Assembly (NCBI RefSeq): GCF_000143415.4
Contig: NW_003314261.1
Location: 4,814,691 to 4,878,690, forward strand
Reading direction: 5' to 3'
Length of the DNA stretch: 64,000 nt
DNA from: Selaginella moellendorffii
Lineage: Eukaryota > Plantae > Lycopodiophyta
The notes beneath the pieces are model-generated. The model made no database searches, was not told the origin of the DNA, and saw nothing but the letters and a program-made list of their open reading frames with translations. Shown here in pieces: positions 48,290 through 62,829 of this stretch. Each line of letters starts with the position of its first letter. Position 1 is the first letter of the stretch. The translations under genes were made by a program, and so were the position numbers.

Positions 48290-49561
48290 TCAATCCAGAT
48301 AGGATTGCATGCACACCAGGCCTTGGAGGAGCTGCATGTCATACATCAACGTGGATTCGTCACCGAGCAGCGATGATGAAAAACTCTCGACGTCGTCGAT
48401 AATCTCGTCGGTGAGATTCCTGACTTGGCCGCCGCCGCCGCCGCCGTTTTGTTGATCCTGATTCGGACGATCTTCTTTCTCTCGATGATCGTGAAGAGGA
48501 GACGCTGCAGGAATCGCTACCTGCTGCTGCTGGGCGATCGTCACCTGCGGCTGGATCGCACTGCAAGAACTCGAGGGAGTGGCAGTGGTGGTGCCGAGAT
48601 TAAACTCGCGCGACGAGGATGAGCTGTTGGTGGTGGCTATGGTGTCACTCCAAAGTCCACAGCTCACCTCATACAAGCTGGGGATGTTTAAGTTGCTAGC
48701 GTCAAAGATGAAGCCACTGCAAATCTCGTCCGGGGAGAGCCGCTGCTCGGGAGGATGATCTTGCTGCTGGATTTGCATTTGAGCCGCGACTTGGAGCCAT
48801 AGAGACGACGTGGAGGAGGAAGAACGGTCGTGATGCCTCTCGAAGCTCGCAGTGCTGCTGCTCGAGGAGTGACGATCTGGACAAAGATCCCGCGGAGACA
48901 AAGGTCCAGTGCTTTTGATCGGAGTGGTGGTAGTGGTGGTGGCAGTAGTGGCAGTAGCGGCGGATTGGATGTTGGTGGAAAGAGATGGCTGGATGGAAGA
49001 ACTCTTGGCGTTGGAGGAAGAAGAAGGAGAGGAGGACATGTTGCTCGAATCGTAGATCGGCCAGCGGTGGTGCTGGAGGGGCTGGCTCGGCGCTTGCCCG
49101 AAGCCCTGGGCGATCCTGGGAAGCAAGAATGGCCCGCGCTGGACGAGCTCCATGGTCGCCGGGAGAGGGGCCATCGGCGCCGCCAAATTCGAGGAGCACT
49201 GCGATAGCGTCGGCCCCGAGGAATAACACCCGGAGCAAGACGATGAGGAGGAAGCGAGCGGAGAAGAAGGAGAAGGAGAAGAAGAGGAAGAAGAATACTG
49301 GAAATTCGTTCTTGCTCGCGCGCCGCGCATCGCCCTGGCGGCATTGTCGTAGGCGATCGCCGCGTCCTCGGCGGTGTCGAAGGTGCCCAGCCATCGCCGC
49401 TCCTTGCTCCTGGGATCCCTGATCTCCGCCGCGTAGCGCCCCCACGGCCGCCGGCGCACGCCCCGATACCGCCCCTCGCCCGCCGGAGGAGCAAGAGGCG
49501 AAGGCTTCGCTACCACCGCCGCCGCCGCTCCATCGCTGCCATCGCATCGCGCTCGCTTCAT
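48290..49561 (-). CDS. AP2/ERF transcription factor, ESR/DRN-like (group VIII), intronless
   Basis: [57 protein letters not shown]. Long Ser/Thr/Gln-rich C-terminus. First ATG at 49561. Confidence 0.93.
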   Translation of the reverse strand: MKRARCDGSDGAAAAVVAKPSPLAPPAGEGRYRGVRRRPWGRYAAEIRDPRSKERRWLGTFDTAEDAAIAYDNAARAMRGARARTNFQYSSSSSSPSPSSPLASSSSSCSGCYSSGPTLSQCSSNLAAPMAPLPATMELVQRGPFLLPRIAQGFGQAPSQPLQHHRWPIYDSSNMSSSPSSSSNAKSSSIQPSLSTNIQSAATATTATTTTTTPIKSTGPLSPRDLCPDRHSSSSSTASFERHHDRSSSSTSSLWLQVAAQMQIQQQDHPPEQRLSPDEICSGFIFDASNLNIPSLYEVSCGLWSDTIATTNSSSSSREFNLGTTTATPSSSCSAIQPQVTIAQQQQVAIPAASPLHDHREKEDRPNQDQQNGGGGGGQVRNLTDEIIDDVESFSSSLLGDESTLMYDMQLLQGLVCMQSYLD

Positions 49562-49629
49562 CGCCCTAGCACACGCTCCAAGCGACTGATCAGTGGAGAA
49601 GAAATCCAAGCTAAAGAACACGGGAGAAA

Positions 49630-49740
49630 TTTATATAAGCCCCGGCGCATATTCCCCGAATAAAAAAAAATGGCGGCGTTACCCTCAGGTGGGGAATCCA
49701 CGGCCCGGGTGATGCCACGTGTCAGGTAGTCTGACGTGTC
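49630..49740 (-). promoter_or_regulatory. TATA box plus paired ACGT (G-box/ABRE-like) elements upstream of the ERF
   Basis: ttatataa at ~49631, gccacgtgtc at ~49713 and ctgacgtgtc at 49731. Confidence 0.5.
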
Positions 49741-50291
49741 TCTATCCACCCGAGTATGATGTCCTAGGAGAGGTAGTTAATGACAAGGTGGTGGGGAATA
49801 TTCATACGGGAATCTAGCCCATAAAACGTACGTCCGTGTGTGTGTGTGTGTGAGTGTGTGTGGGTTGCTTTCATGAGGGAGATTTCATTAGATTAAGTAT
49901 AATAAATATTTAGTATAGTTAAGTAATGGGTACGTATCTATGTAGCACCCAAGCTGTAAAACGAGTAAGCGTTAGCAGCTTTGTGCTAATTCAAAATGAT
50001 TAAGCGCAAGGTGAAAAGATAGAATATTAATCTTTTACTGGCTGGCGCAGGTTTTAACTTTACTGAGTATACAACGCCGTCGCAGGTACGTATGTCGGGG
50101 GAAGGTCGGACCGCCCGCCGCCGTCAAGTCCCCGTCAGTCAGGGGAGACGGAATAATTGTTAATAAGCGGAGAGATTCCTCCATGGAGGAATAATCTTCT
50201 CTGGCAGGTAAATTTGACAGCTCATTTCTATGGTAGAATTGCGCCAAGTTTGGGAGTCAAAAATAATTTGGAGGATGCGTTAGAGCGTCCA

Positions 50292-50365
50292 AGTTCTGTA
50301 GCTCAATTGGTCAGAGCGTTGGTCTTATGAGCCGAAGGTCGCGGGTTCGACCCCCGCCAGAACTA
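50292..50365 (+). tRNA. trnI-UAU: tRNA-Ile (anticodon UAU), intronless
   Basis: Cloverleaf: agttctg / ta / gctc-aattggtca-gagc / g / ttggt-cttatga-gccga / aggtc / gcggg-ttcgacc-cccgc / cagaact / a. Confidence 0.95.
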
Positions 50366-50490
50366 AGTCCTCTCCAAAACTAGTTAGTAATATATTTTGT
50401 TTTGGAAATATTTTGATATTTTTTATATCAAGTCAAACATTATTATTGCTTATTATTTCAGTTAAAGCTTCTATTTCGTTAGAAAATTTC

Positions 50491-52130
50491 TCAGCTGGTT
50501 TGTACAAGGTTTTGGTGGATTTTCCACACGTTGAAGCCGTAGCCGATACGAATGAGCAGCAGCTCGAAGAGCATATGGAGGATGCTGGTCATTCTCAGCT
50601 TGGAGCCGGGGATCTCTGTCCAGTTCACGGCAATCTCTAGCGCTGGGATCCCCAATCTCTTGCACAGGTACAAGAGCTCCACGTCGAAGCACCACCGCGT
50701 GAGCCTGAGATTGATGAAAAGTTGCTGTGCCGCGGACCTCGTGAACATCTTGAATCCACACTGGAGATGGAAGAAAATTCGGTAAATAAAGTTTCCATTT
50801 TCCATGAACACTGAAAACTATAACAACAAACCTGAGTGTCTCGGATTCCAGAGCCGGCAGCAAGGAGGACGCACAGATGGAAGCCTTTCATGAGGAAGTT
50901 CCTGTACCATTTGCGCTGCGAAAAGAAAGCCAAGTGATCTTCAGTGATGTTCAAACTTCAAGGAAGAAGAAAAGAAGGAAAGCGTATCTACCGTTGCTAG
51001 AGCTTGTTGTTCTAGATGTGCGCGTGACCCGCAGGCAACCAAGGGGACGTCAAAGATGTTTTCCACGGAAGGATCACGTAGCTTTTGTATCTTCTCCCCG
51101 TACGTCAGAATCTGCAGTGACAAAAACAAAGCAAAACAAAAGATGTAAGTGTGCCAAAACTTGCTCTTCTGATCGTCCAGGAACTTACAGCATTTTCCAG
51201 CTTTTCTAAGTTTGTGATTTTAGTTGCCCCGTCCGCATCCAGCATCAGAATGAGCTCTCCTCTAGAGCAGAGAGCTCCCTTCAACAGCACGACGCATGAA
51301 TCGACGGATAGAGTTATCAAACAAGAAAGAAATACCTTGGTGACGGCGGCTCCTTTCCCGCAATTGACGCCTTGCTTGATGAGCCTCACGTTGTCCATCT
51401 TATACTTCTTGATGTAATCGAATGCTACTTTTACAGTGTTGTCTCGACTTCCATCGTCGACTATAATAATCTGCGAAAACAAAACACGATGTACAAAAAA
51501 AACTAGAAAAAAGAAGAGGAAAAAAAAAAACCACTAGAGAACTCTAAACTACTCACTTCGTAAGTGAATGACTTATTTACAGCAGCGCGGCCTTCCAGAT
51601 ATCTGCAAAGGAAAAAAAACGTTGAAGAATCCAAGGGAGAGAAAGATTTTCAAGGCAGAAAGATAAGTTTTTAGAACCTCAAGGTTTCGTCGAGAGTGAG
51701 AGGAAGCCTTGCCTCTTCATCAAAGGCCGGAATCACGAGAGACAAATATTTCTCGGGAGGTCCAAACACCGAAGGACATCGCACCTATTACGATACAAAA
51801 GCTCAGAAAAATTTTTGGACAAGAACATGGAGCTACCTTCTCAAGGGACGAGGGATTCTCCAAGAAACTTGGTGTTGTAGTCCTGAAAGAACAACGAGGC
51901 CTCAGCCACAAGAGAGAAAAAAAAGGCCGATCGAAGCACAAGCTTACCCGCTTCCTTGATCGAGCTTTTGCGTCCACTCCACAATGTAGCTGAGGAGCCA
52001 TAGCGCGCTGGAGAACACCTGATCTCCATTCTCTCAAAAAAAAACTCGAAGAGGAAGGAGGGAGCCTTACCACGACGATAATTCCAACCAGCACTGGAGA
52101 AATCTGTGACAATGGGACCAAAAGTCCCAT
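50491..52130 (-). CDS. ALG5: Dolichyl-phosphate beta-glucosyltransferase (multi-exon)
   Basis: YLSLVIPAFDE, IIIVDDGSRDNT, NCGKGAAV, GELILMLDADGATK, GSRAHLE, RKWYRNFLMKGFH, IRDTQ|CGFKMFTR, WCFDVELLY and VNWTEIPGSK. Confidence 0.95.
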
Positions 52131-52383
52131 CTCCTCCCGGCGAGCAGGGGCTGGACGAAGAACCCTAAAACCTAAAATTTGGTCACGTCCTTTTACCCCT
52201 GGAAAAAGAGCTCGCGATTTTATACGCGATGAATTGCCCTTGCTCGTCCATTCTCCTCCTATAGCCTTGATCTTGATTCTCACACTCGGCATTTGGATTG
52301 TCATGAAGATCGATCGAGGAGAGGATTCTTAACGAATATTAAAATATCCTCTTTTTTAAAGGGAAGATAAACCCTAAACCCCA

Positions 52384-54049
52384 ATGGCGCTTGTGTCGGT
52401 TCTTCATGGAGGTACGCTACGTCTCTCGATCGATTGTGTCATGAATCGCGATTTTGGCGGCAGGAAGATCAGCGATCGCGGGTCCAGGCATCGGCAGCAA
52501 GAGTACACATCTGGCAGGCTCTCGGCGGCATCGATGCGCGCTTGCCTCCTCTTCCTCATCGCTCAGCTCGCCTCCAGCGCCTCCATTCTCGCCCACGGCC
52601 GCCGCCAAGCTCGTTGCCGTGATTGGAGAGAATGCCGTGAGCCCCCTCCAGGAAACACCATGGCTGGAAGTCATGAACCATATGGTATGGTTTTAATTCT
52701 CCTTGATTCATCCACCTCGCTTTTCTTTCTCTTCTTTCCAGGTGAAGAGACTTCGCTGGACTGATGCTAGCTTTGAGATGCTCGTCTTCACGGACGAATC
52801 ACTTCCAGAGAATCGAGAGTTCTCCTCGGCGGTCGCGAAAGCTGATATACTCCTGGGACTCGGGCTCGGAAATCCCGACACTGTAAGCTGGATCAACAGC
52901 GCGAGCTCGTCAGTGCCTACGAGGATTTGCTTCGACTCCACGGACAACTCCGGTACCTGGCTGGGAGGTGTCAAAGTTTTGCCTTTGGAGAGCCCGGTGG
53001 ACCGGCTGCGCTCGATCGTCCCAGGAACGAAGCTCGCCAAAGGCTTGAAGGTTCTGGACCTTGTCACCAACGCTTGGAGCCGTCACAGCAGCGACAACGT
53101 GTGCTTCGCGCTCCTGGTTCTCATCGACTCGTACGTAGCTCCCGTGCCGCTGCTGAAAAACCTGCGAGCCACGAGCTTGTCACAAATCCAGTGCATGGCC
53201 AAGAACTGCGGGAAGGAGATTCTGGCTTGCCTCTTGGATCCAAGTTGCCGCAAGGCGCTCGACTGCCTGACGAGCTGTGCTCCAAACGACCAAGTTTGCA
53301 GCTACCGCTGTATCGTTTCGTACGAGACGCCTACGCTCGAGGCCATCTCGCTGTGCATCCTCCAGAAGAACAACTGCTTGGGACTGAGCGCCGAGATCCA
53401 GAGCCAGCCGGTGGTGAAGCCGCTAGAAAAGTTCCGGGGACAAGAACTCACTCACACTCTGGCCGAGGACATCTTCATCGGCTGGCTGGGGACACTCAAG
53501 TGGAGCTGGAGGGTGGCCGCTGGCCAGAACGCTGCCTACGATCACTTCGCAAACCAGATCCAGCTCTACTACCGCGGGACCAAGAACTCGATGTGGTACG
53601 ATCCTGTGTTCCAAGTGGAGACGTTAGAGGGAGAACTGGTGTGGAGAAGAAGACACTACCGTGCTCGCAGAGGAGAGGTTCCCGGCACCTTTTACTTCAC
53701 AGTTCTCGACAACGGCGTCGTCTCGAAGGAGTTCTGGCGGATAGTCGACTGCGCCGACGATCTCTCCTGGGGGCTCTTCTACTACAGTGGCGCCGCCACG
53801 GCCGCGGGGCAGTCATACTCGGGTGCCGTGCTGGTGTCGCCGGATGGAATGTGGCCCGGCGAGCAGCACAGCGAGCGAGTTAACGCAGCTCTCGGCCGCT
53901 GCGGTATTAAGTTATGGGAGATGTACACCGTCACCAACAACCGCTATGGTGACGAGGATGACGAGAGTGGAGAAGAAATTCCGCTGGGCCTTCCAGAGGG
54001 ATCCAAGCTCCACCACCACTCGTCAATCGTCAGCAGCTCGCGTGGTTAG
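52384..54049 (+). CDS. VDR: Violaxanthin de-epoxidase-related protein (VDR), 3 exons
   Basis: Cys-rich CMAKNCGKEILACLLDPSCRKALDCLTSCAPNDQVCSYRCIVSYE followed by the lipocalin-like WRVAAGQNAAYD...WRRRHYR. Exon 1 MALVSVLHG splices in frame to GRSAIAGPG. Confidence 0.92.
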
Positions 54050-54376
54050 CAGCACCTATTCCGGACCGTGAGTCTTGGGAAATAAAAAAGCAGTTGAGCG
54101 ACTTACTTCCACTGGTGACGAGGATGGCTACATAGCAAGCCGGGAGTTCTTGCTTCCCAGAGCTGGAGCACGAAGAAGAGCAGCAACAAGGAGGGGTGTG
54201 AGAAGTCACGCCCGTATGTTCAACGTCGGGCTGCTCTTCAAGTTGTGTGCGTTCCTCGAGGAAGCACTCAGCGCGCTCATCAGTTCTACGTTCGTTCTTG
54301 TCGCCGAGGACGAGATCTAGAGAAGCTCCCGACGTCAGTGGTAAGCAGCGAAAGATAGTTGCAAGCACTTAACTCG

Positions 54377-55736
54377 ATGAACTCCAGCAGGACACGTCCC
54401 TCGATGGAGCAGCGAGGAGTTCCAAAGTTCCAACTCTTCCTGGCCTTTGTTCTTTCCAATGCCGCCTGCCTTCTCCACGCTGCCAATGTCCCAGCTCTGT
54501 TCATCTTCGGGGACTCGCTCATCGACGTTGGCAATAACAACTACATCAACTCACTCGCCAAAGCCGACGTCCGCTACAATGGTATCGACTACAACCACGG
54601 CGTTCCCACCGGGAGGTTCTGCAATGGTCGCACCATTCCTGATTTCCTCGGTATGGCCAACTTTGCATCCTGCCTGACCTTTCCTCTTGACTTTCAGGCG
54701 AGTACCTCGAAGTCCCCCCACCTCCAGCGTACCTGACCCCCAACTTGACGATCAAAGACATTTCTCGCGGACTAAACTACGCTTCCGGAGCTGGGGGCGT
54801 TCTGGATGCCACTGGAGCAAACTACGTAAGTTCCCACCCCTGTCAAGTACTTCTTCCTCATTGCTGCCTTGTCTTCCAGATTGCCAGGCTCTCGTTCAAC
54901 CAGCAGCTCGTCTACTTCGCCGGCACGAAGCAGCGCTACGTCACGGAGCTGGGAATGGACGCGGCCAACAAGTTCCTGGCGGACTCGATCTATATGGTGG
55001 CCTTCGGAGCAAACGACTATATCAACAACTATCTCGTCACCTTCTCCCCGACCCCGTCGCTGTATAACACATCTCAGTTCCAGGACATGCTGATCTCGAC
55101 GTACTCGCAGCAGATATCCGTGAGTTTTCGATGTCCTTTTCTTTCTCTTTGGTAGTTTCTTCCTTCCGCTGACTTGGTTTCTCTCGCTGGGCAGCGTCTG
55201 TACGACCTCGGAGCCAGGAAAATGGTTGTCTTTGGAGTCGGCCCACTCGGTTGCATTCCCAACCAGCTGATGAGAACCACTGACCAGAAATGCAATCCTC
55301 AAGTAAACAGCTATGTCCAAGGCTTCAACGCGGCACTCCAGAGGCAGCTCAGTGGAATTTTGCTCAAGCAGCTTCCCAAAGTCCGGTTCGCGTACGCACA
55401 TGGCTACGACAGGTTCATCGACATGGTCAAGTCGCCTGCATCATATGGTACGTGTGCCTCTTCACTGAGCAAGCAGTTTTCTACGCGTTGCTTGTTCTCG
55501 CAGGTTTTAAGGTGACGGACGAAGGTTGCTGCGGGCTTGGAAGACTCAATGGCCTCCTCGCTTGCATGCCAATATCAAACCTGTGCAGTAATAGGAAAGA
55601 GTACCTGTTCTGGGATCCTTTCCATCCCACGGAAGCGGCCAACATGGTTATTGCCACCGACTTTTACAACGGGACCACAGCCTATGCGTCGCCAATCAAT
55701 GTCGAAGAGCTTGCATCTGTGTCGGCCGTGGTTTAA
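54377..55736 (+). CDS. GDSL esterase/lipase (multi-exon)
   Basis: ALFIFGDSLIDVGNNN, PTGRFCNG, GLNYASG, GANDY, GPLGCIP and YLFWDPFHPTE; signal peptide present. Confidence 0.96.
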
Positions 55737-55974
55737 TAGCTCGTTTCAAAGCGAACCCACGCTGTTTTGATCTGAAGAGAGCAATACTTAAAATGGCTTG
55801 AACGAAACTTCTCCAACAGGAACTTACCATGAAAACTTTTGCTTGGCAGCACAGATAAACGCAGTCACGGCTTCCGAAATCTGTAACTGCTGAAAATCCT
55901 TTTGAGTTTCCAGCGGCAGTCTCTTCTTCTGAAAACACAGCCAGCATAAGCTGACTAACAAAGCAGGTATTGTA

Positions 55975-58534
55975 CCTGGTGCTTTGCAGCATCAAATTGG
56001 TGAAACCGTGTGTTGTTTGCTTCTGGAGTTGGAGTCCAAGGACCAATGCCTTCTGTGCGTCGAACTCCGTTAGAAGAAACATTTGGATGTTTATCGTGTA
56101 CAGTATCTTCCCTGCTAAACAAGAGAATAAATTAGAATCACAAACAAAAGCCAGCTTAAACCTCGGCGCTCTTTGCACGTCGGCTGGAGCTGTAGCTGGC
56201 CGTTTCGATTGCTTAGGAATCTGAGAATATAAGAAAACTCTAAGCAAAAGGTTGTAGAGGTGTTGTTAAGGCAAAGCAAAGTACCTCAGCATGATGGTCA
56301 CCCCCGGAGACGAACCTTATCCTTTGTGGGATGAACTTCTTTCCACCATATATCGGATTTAAAGCTCTGAGCTTTCCACCATTGGAGAAGATGGACCACT
56401 TCAACTCCGCTCGCAAGGCACGTCGGTTGGCCCTCGACTGCCTTGTTCGATGGAGCCTGAACGGCCATCGACTTCTCTCTGGAGCCTTCTCAGTACTGAC
56501 CATAGATTCCCGGGCTCTAAGCAGTTCCTGGCCACGCTTGGAGCACAGATCAACCACCTCGGCCAGTTTCGAGGACACCAGAAGGGACTCGTGAACCCCC
56601 TTGAACAAGTCTGTCACGTCCTCCGCGATATTGACACCTTTCTTCTTGAGCTTGAGGAAGCAAGCACGGTTTCGGTTGTCTTCCTGTTCTACAGGCTTCG
56701 CGTTTTCCTGCAAAACCTCCTCTATATCCGCGCCCTCGTAGTCAGACGAGCAAGTGCTTGGTGCATCCTCAGCAGCTTCATTGTTGTCTGGCATGCCATT
56801 CTGAACGTAGTCCTTGAAAACATCGTTCTCTTCCTCGTCGTCGCTCGCTGCCAAATCTTCGTCAACTTCCTTCGCAGCTGGGAGTTTCTTCGGTGATCCC
56901 CCCGACTTTCTTGGTGTGTCGAGCGAGCTTGGAGCAGTGAAACACCTCTTATCCTCGACAAACTTTCTCGTTATAGGAAAATCTACATCCGTTGAGCAGA
57001 CCGCACTATCAACACACGCATGCTGGACTCCCTGGAGATCGGTTGCATTTTCCACCACGCTCTTTCTTGGTGAAAAAGTGTGAAGCTGATTGCTCTGAGC
57101 GTTCGAAGTGTTGTCCGGAAAGACCTTCTCAGCTGCTGCAGCAATCTCAGAAGTGGTATTTACTACCACTGGTGCAGTCACGGGCCTAGCATGGCTGCTA
57201 CTTAAACTATGCTTACTGCTCGTTGATTTCAAGCAGCCTGACGTGAACTCTTCGTCTTTGATCCTCGATTTGGAGCTCCGCAAGTGCAAAGATACCTGCT
57301 CTGTTTCGTCAAAGTTGCTGCTCAGCCCCTTGGTGTCAGCTATATTCAGCTTCGTGTATAAGTTCCTCTCCAGTGCCAGTAGAGCCTTCACACTGGCTTG
57401 TCTAAACCACAGTGGCTTCGCTCTTTCGGACGTCAAAACTGGTCCAGCTGAAGCGGGTCTGAACCGAATTTCCTGTAGCGAGGGCCTGGCCGGAGGAACA
57501 TCTTCCTTATGCAAGTTTTTCTCGTCCTGGTCACAAGCAACGGCACGGTGCTTACTTCCGGCTTTGATAAGCTCTTCGTCATGAAAGGAGTGGCCAAAGT
57601 CGCACGGAGCACCCTGCCAACTCTGCTGCTTACTCTTGCCCCTCTTCGGTGGAGACTCAAACGCAGGACCATCTCGCGAAGAAGACTTGCTACCATCGTC
57701 GACGGAACCGTCCATATCATAGAGCTCACTCTTGCTCCTGGCTTTTCTCGCAGGAGACTCATCTCTAGCAGACCAAGGCCTCTTTGCAAGAAGACTACTC
57801 TCCTTGGCACAGCGACCTTCTCTAGCCGAAAACGGTCTCTCTTGATGCCTGCTTTTACTGCGGGGCTTCTCAAAGCAGTCCTTTTCTCTGGAATACCTCT
57901 CAACGCACTCCCTGCTACAGCTCCTTCCACCACAGCTATTTTCTTTACTACTCCTTCCACTCCACTGCTTACTATTCCTCTTTGCATTCCTCGATCCCCC
58001 GGCAGAACGATTCCATCCTCTTTCTCTGCATTTCTCGAAATCCCTGCTCGACTGTCCTTCCCTGGAAATCCTATCGCTACTACTACAGGTAGCATTCTCG
58101 TGTTTGTCCCTTTCTCTACGTCTGTCTAGACTATTTTGATCCTTGCCAGGATTCTCAGCTCCTCCATCCAAATCCTCACTGATCTTGTTGTATTCCCGGA
58201 TCGTCTCCAGCAGCTCTTCCACGGGATCCTTCGCCGGCCGCTGCGGCTTACGCAAGCACTGCCGCTCGCGAACCCTGTAACCATATAGACCACGCACCTT
58301 GCTCCTGCGCACGAGATCGCTGAAGACATCCAGCTCCATCGGCGCATTGGAGGCGATGAGCCGCAGCAGCACCGGACTGATGTAATGCGGCGCGGAGGAA
58401 TCCGGGCGCCGCCGATGCTGATCCATCCGGGGCGCACAAGCATCTCGATCGTCCCTCCAGCGCTGTGGCGCAGCAGCGCCACTCCTCTCCTTGTAGCGCG
58501 GCGTCGTGGGGAGCGCGATAATCGCCCCTTGCAT
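55975..58534 (-). CDS. Large unknown low-complexity protein (2.25-kb first exon, then probable small exons; 3' end uncertain)
   Basis: 764-codon ORF. Splice donor GAG|gtac at ~56284, then plausible exons ~56221-56163 (IPKQSKRPATAPADVQRAP) and ~56111-55976. No recognisable domain. Confidence 0.7.
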
Positions 58535-58839
58535 CGCATCGCCCTAGCTAAGCCCTAGCCCTAAACTTTTGAAGATACGCGCCATAACGGAAATATTCCA
58601 ATACCGTACGGACACAACGGAAGAAAAAGAAAAAAATAATAGAAAGAATTTCTCTTGTTCTTCGTCTCTCTCTTCGTCTCTCTTGTTCTTCGTCTCTTTC
58701 TGCCTCCTCCCCGGTCGATCGATCATCTCGCGCAAACACTCGATATCTTCACCATCAGTTACACAACAGGGATGATCTCATCGTCTTCTTCCATCCTTGT
58801 TCATCGTCTTCGTCGTTGTCTTCCTCAATCGTATTCTCG

Positions 58840-61197
<2,358 letters not shown>

Positions 61198-62829
61198 AGC
61201 GTGATGCCCTGTAAGGGATTGCTGCAAGCGCAGGTGGCGCTGAGATCCGGAATTGTTTGGCCCAGACGAGGCCTCTGCTGGAGGAGGAGAATTGTCAACT
61301 TGAGCCAAGCGCCGATTGATCCAATGCCGAAAACCCTCTAAGAGGGTGCCACCCATGTGCTGCCCAGCAATGCCGCGACGCAAGAGCAAGCATCCAGTGA
61401 TGATCCACCGCAGCGGCCCCTCAATCCCCAGGCTTCCCACAAAACATCCTTGTTCTTGACAGCGCTAGCTTCCACAAGCTGGGAATTCCCAAATCGCGGC
61501 ACCCCCCTCGTGTCCCAGATAGAAGAATTCTGGCAATTCGGCGATGGCAACCGGCAGCGGCAACAGCAGGTATCGAACCCCTCCGCCGCTTGTCTCATCC
61601 CCACGCCCTAATCCCGGATTCCCCCAAAATGCAGCTCCTCCCTCGCCCCAGCCGCCGCAAGATCCCTGCGCCGCCCCGAAATATCGATCTCCCTGCTCGG
61701 CCCTAGCCCCGGATCACCAGATCGTGGCACAGCGCCCTCGCCGGCGCCAGATCGAGCGCCACCATACCTATCGCAGACGCGCCGAGGCCAGCCGCGATCT
61801 ACCTAGAGCTCGCGAGGCGCCAGATCAAGCACTCGCCCACCGACGACGCGACGCGCACAAAGAAATGGAAGATGAACGACACACCACCACAGCCAAAGCA
61901 TAAGAAAGAGAGAGGAAGAAAAAAAGGGCAGTAAATCGATTACTTGCCTTTTTTTACTACCACCGTAACACGTGACCTACCTTTTTAAATTCCATGCTGG
62001 CCATCCGACGGCCCTGGCGCCTGCCACCTCCGCGCGCGATTCACCCCGAGCGTCGATAGGAAAATCGTGTCTTTTTACCAATTTACGAATTAATCATTGA
62101 TGCCGAAGCAACGGCCACGATGAACGCTTGTGGTGGAATGGGCAGGCCGGGGTTGACAACGCTCCCAACTGATTGGTTAGCTGCAAAACATGGCTTTATC
62201 GCTGGAGCCACTCACTCTCGCACAACTTACAACTTTTTTTTATATTTCAGGTCAAAATTTTCGGACATTCAAACCATTGCTTTTGTGACTTGATTTGGGT
62301 GCAGGATCCAATCCAAGCCTCCCAATGGCACCAAAACACAAAGGTTTGCGCACCCAAATGTGGAGAATTCCATTTCTTGGCTTTCCAGGCATGCCATAAG
62401 TTGCTTTAAAGAGGCGTTAAACCCTCTTGGTTTTGGAGAGGGACGCGCGACCAAAGCTCCTCACAGGGCTGCATTGCAACAACCCTTCGCAAGGAAAGAA
62501 AAAACTGCCAAAGTTTTGCTGGAAATTCAAGAGTGTTGCACTTGCTTTCCGAGACAATCCAGAAACTTGTGGTACTCTTGCTGCGTGTCTGGCTTTGAGA
62601 AGTCCAGGTGCGGCAGAGTTTTCAGCATGTGCTGCTCTTTTATAAAAACAGCATGGTGGTTGTGAGGAATAGAATCCAGATTTCCATTCCCATTTTGTGT
62701 TTCAAAAACTTTATAGTTGCGATTCAATGAACAAAGAACAGCTAGCTCAGGAGAAGCATATACATATAAATCACACCAATCTTGGCTAGTGCCACTTAAT
62801 AGACTAGCAAGCAATTATCTTGTTGGCAT

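Noticed and set aside
62173-62814. Short ORFs upstream of the MAP kinase
   Set aside because: No recognisable motifs and inconsistent frames; insufficient support for a gene.
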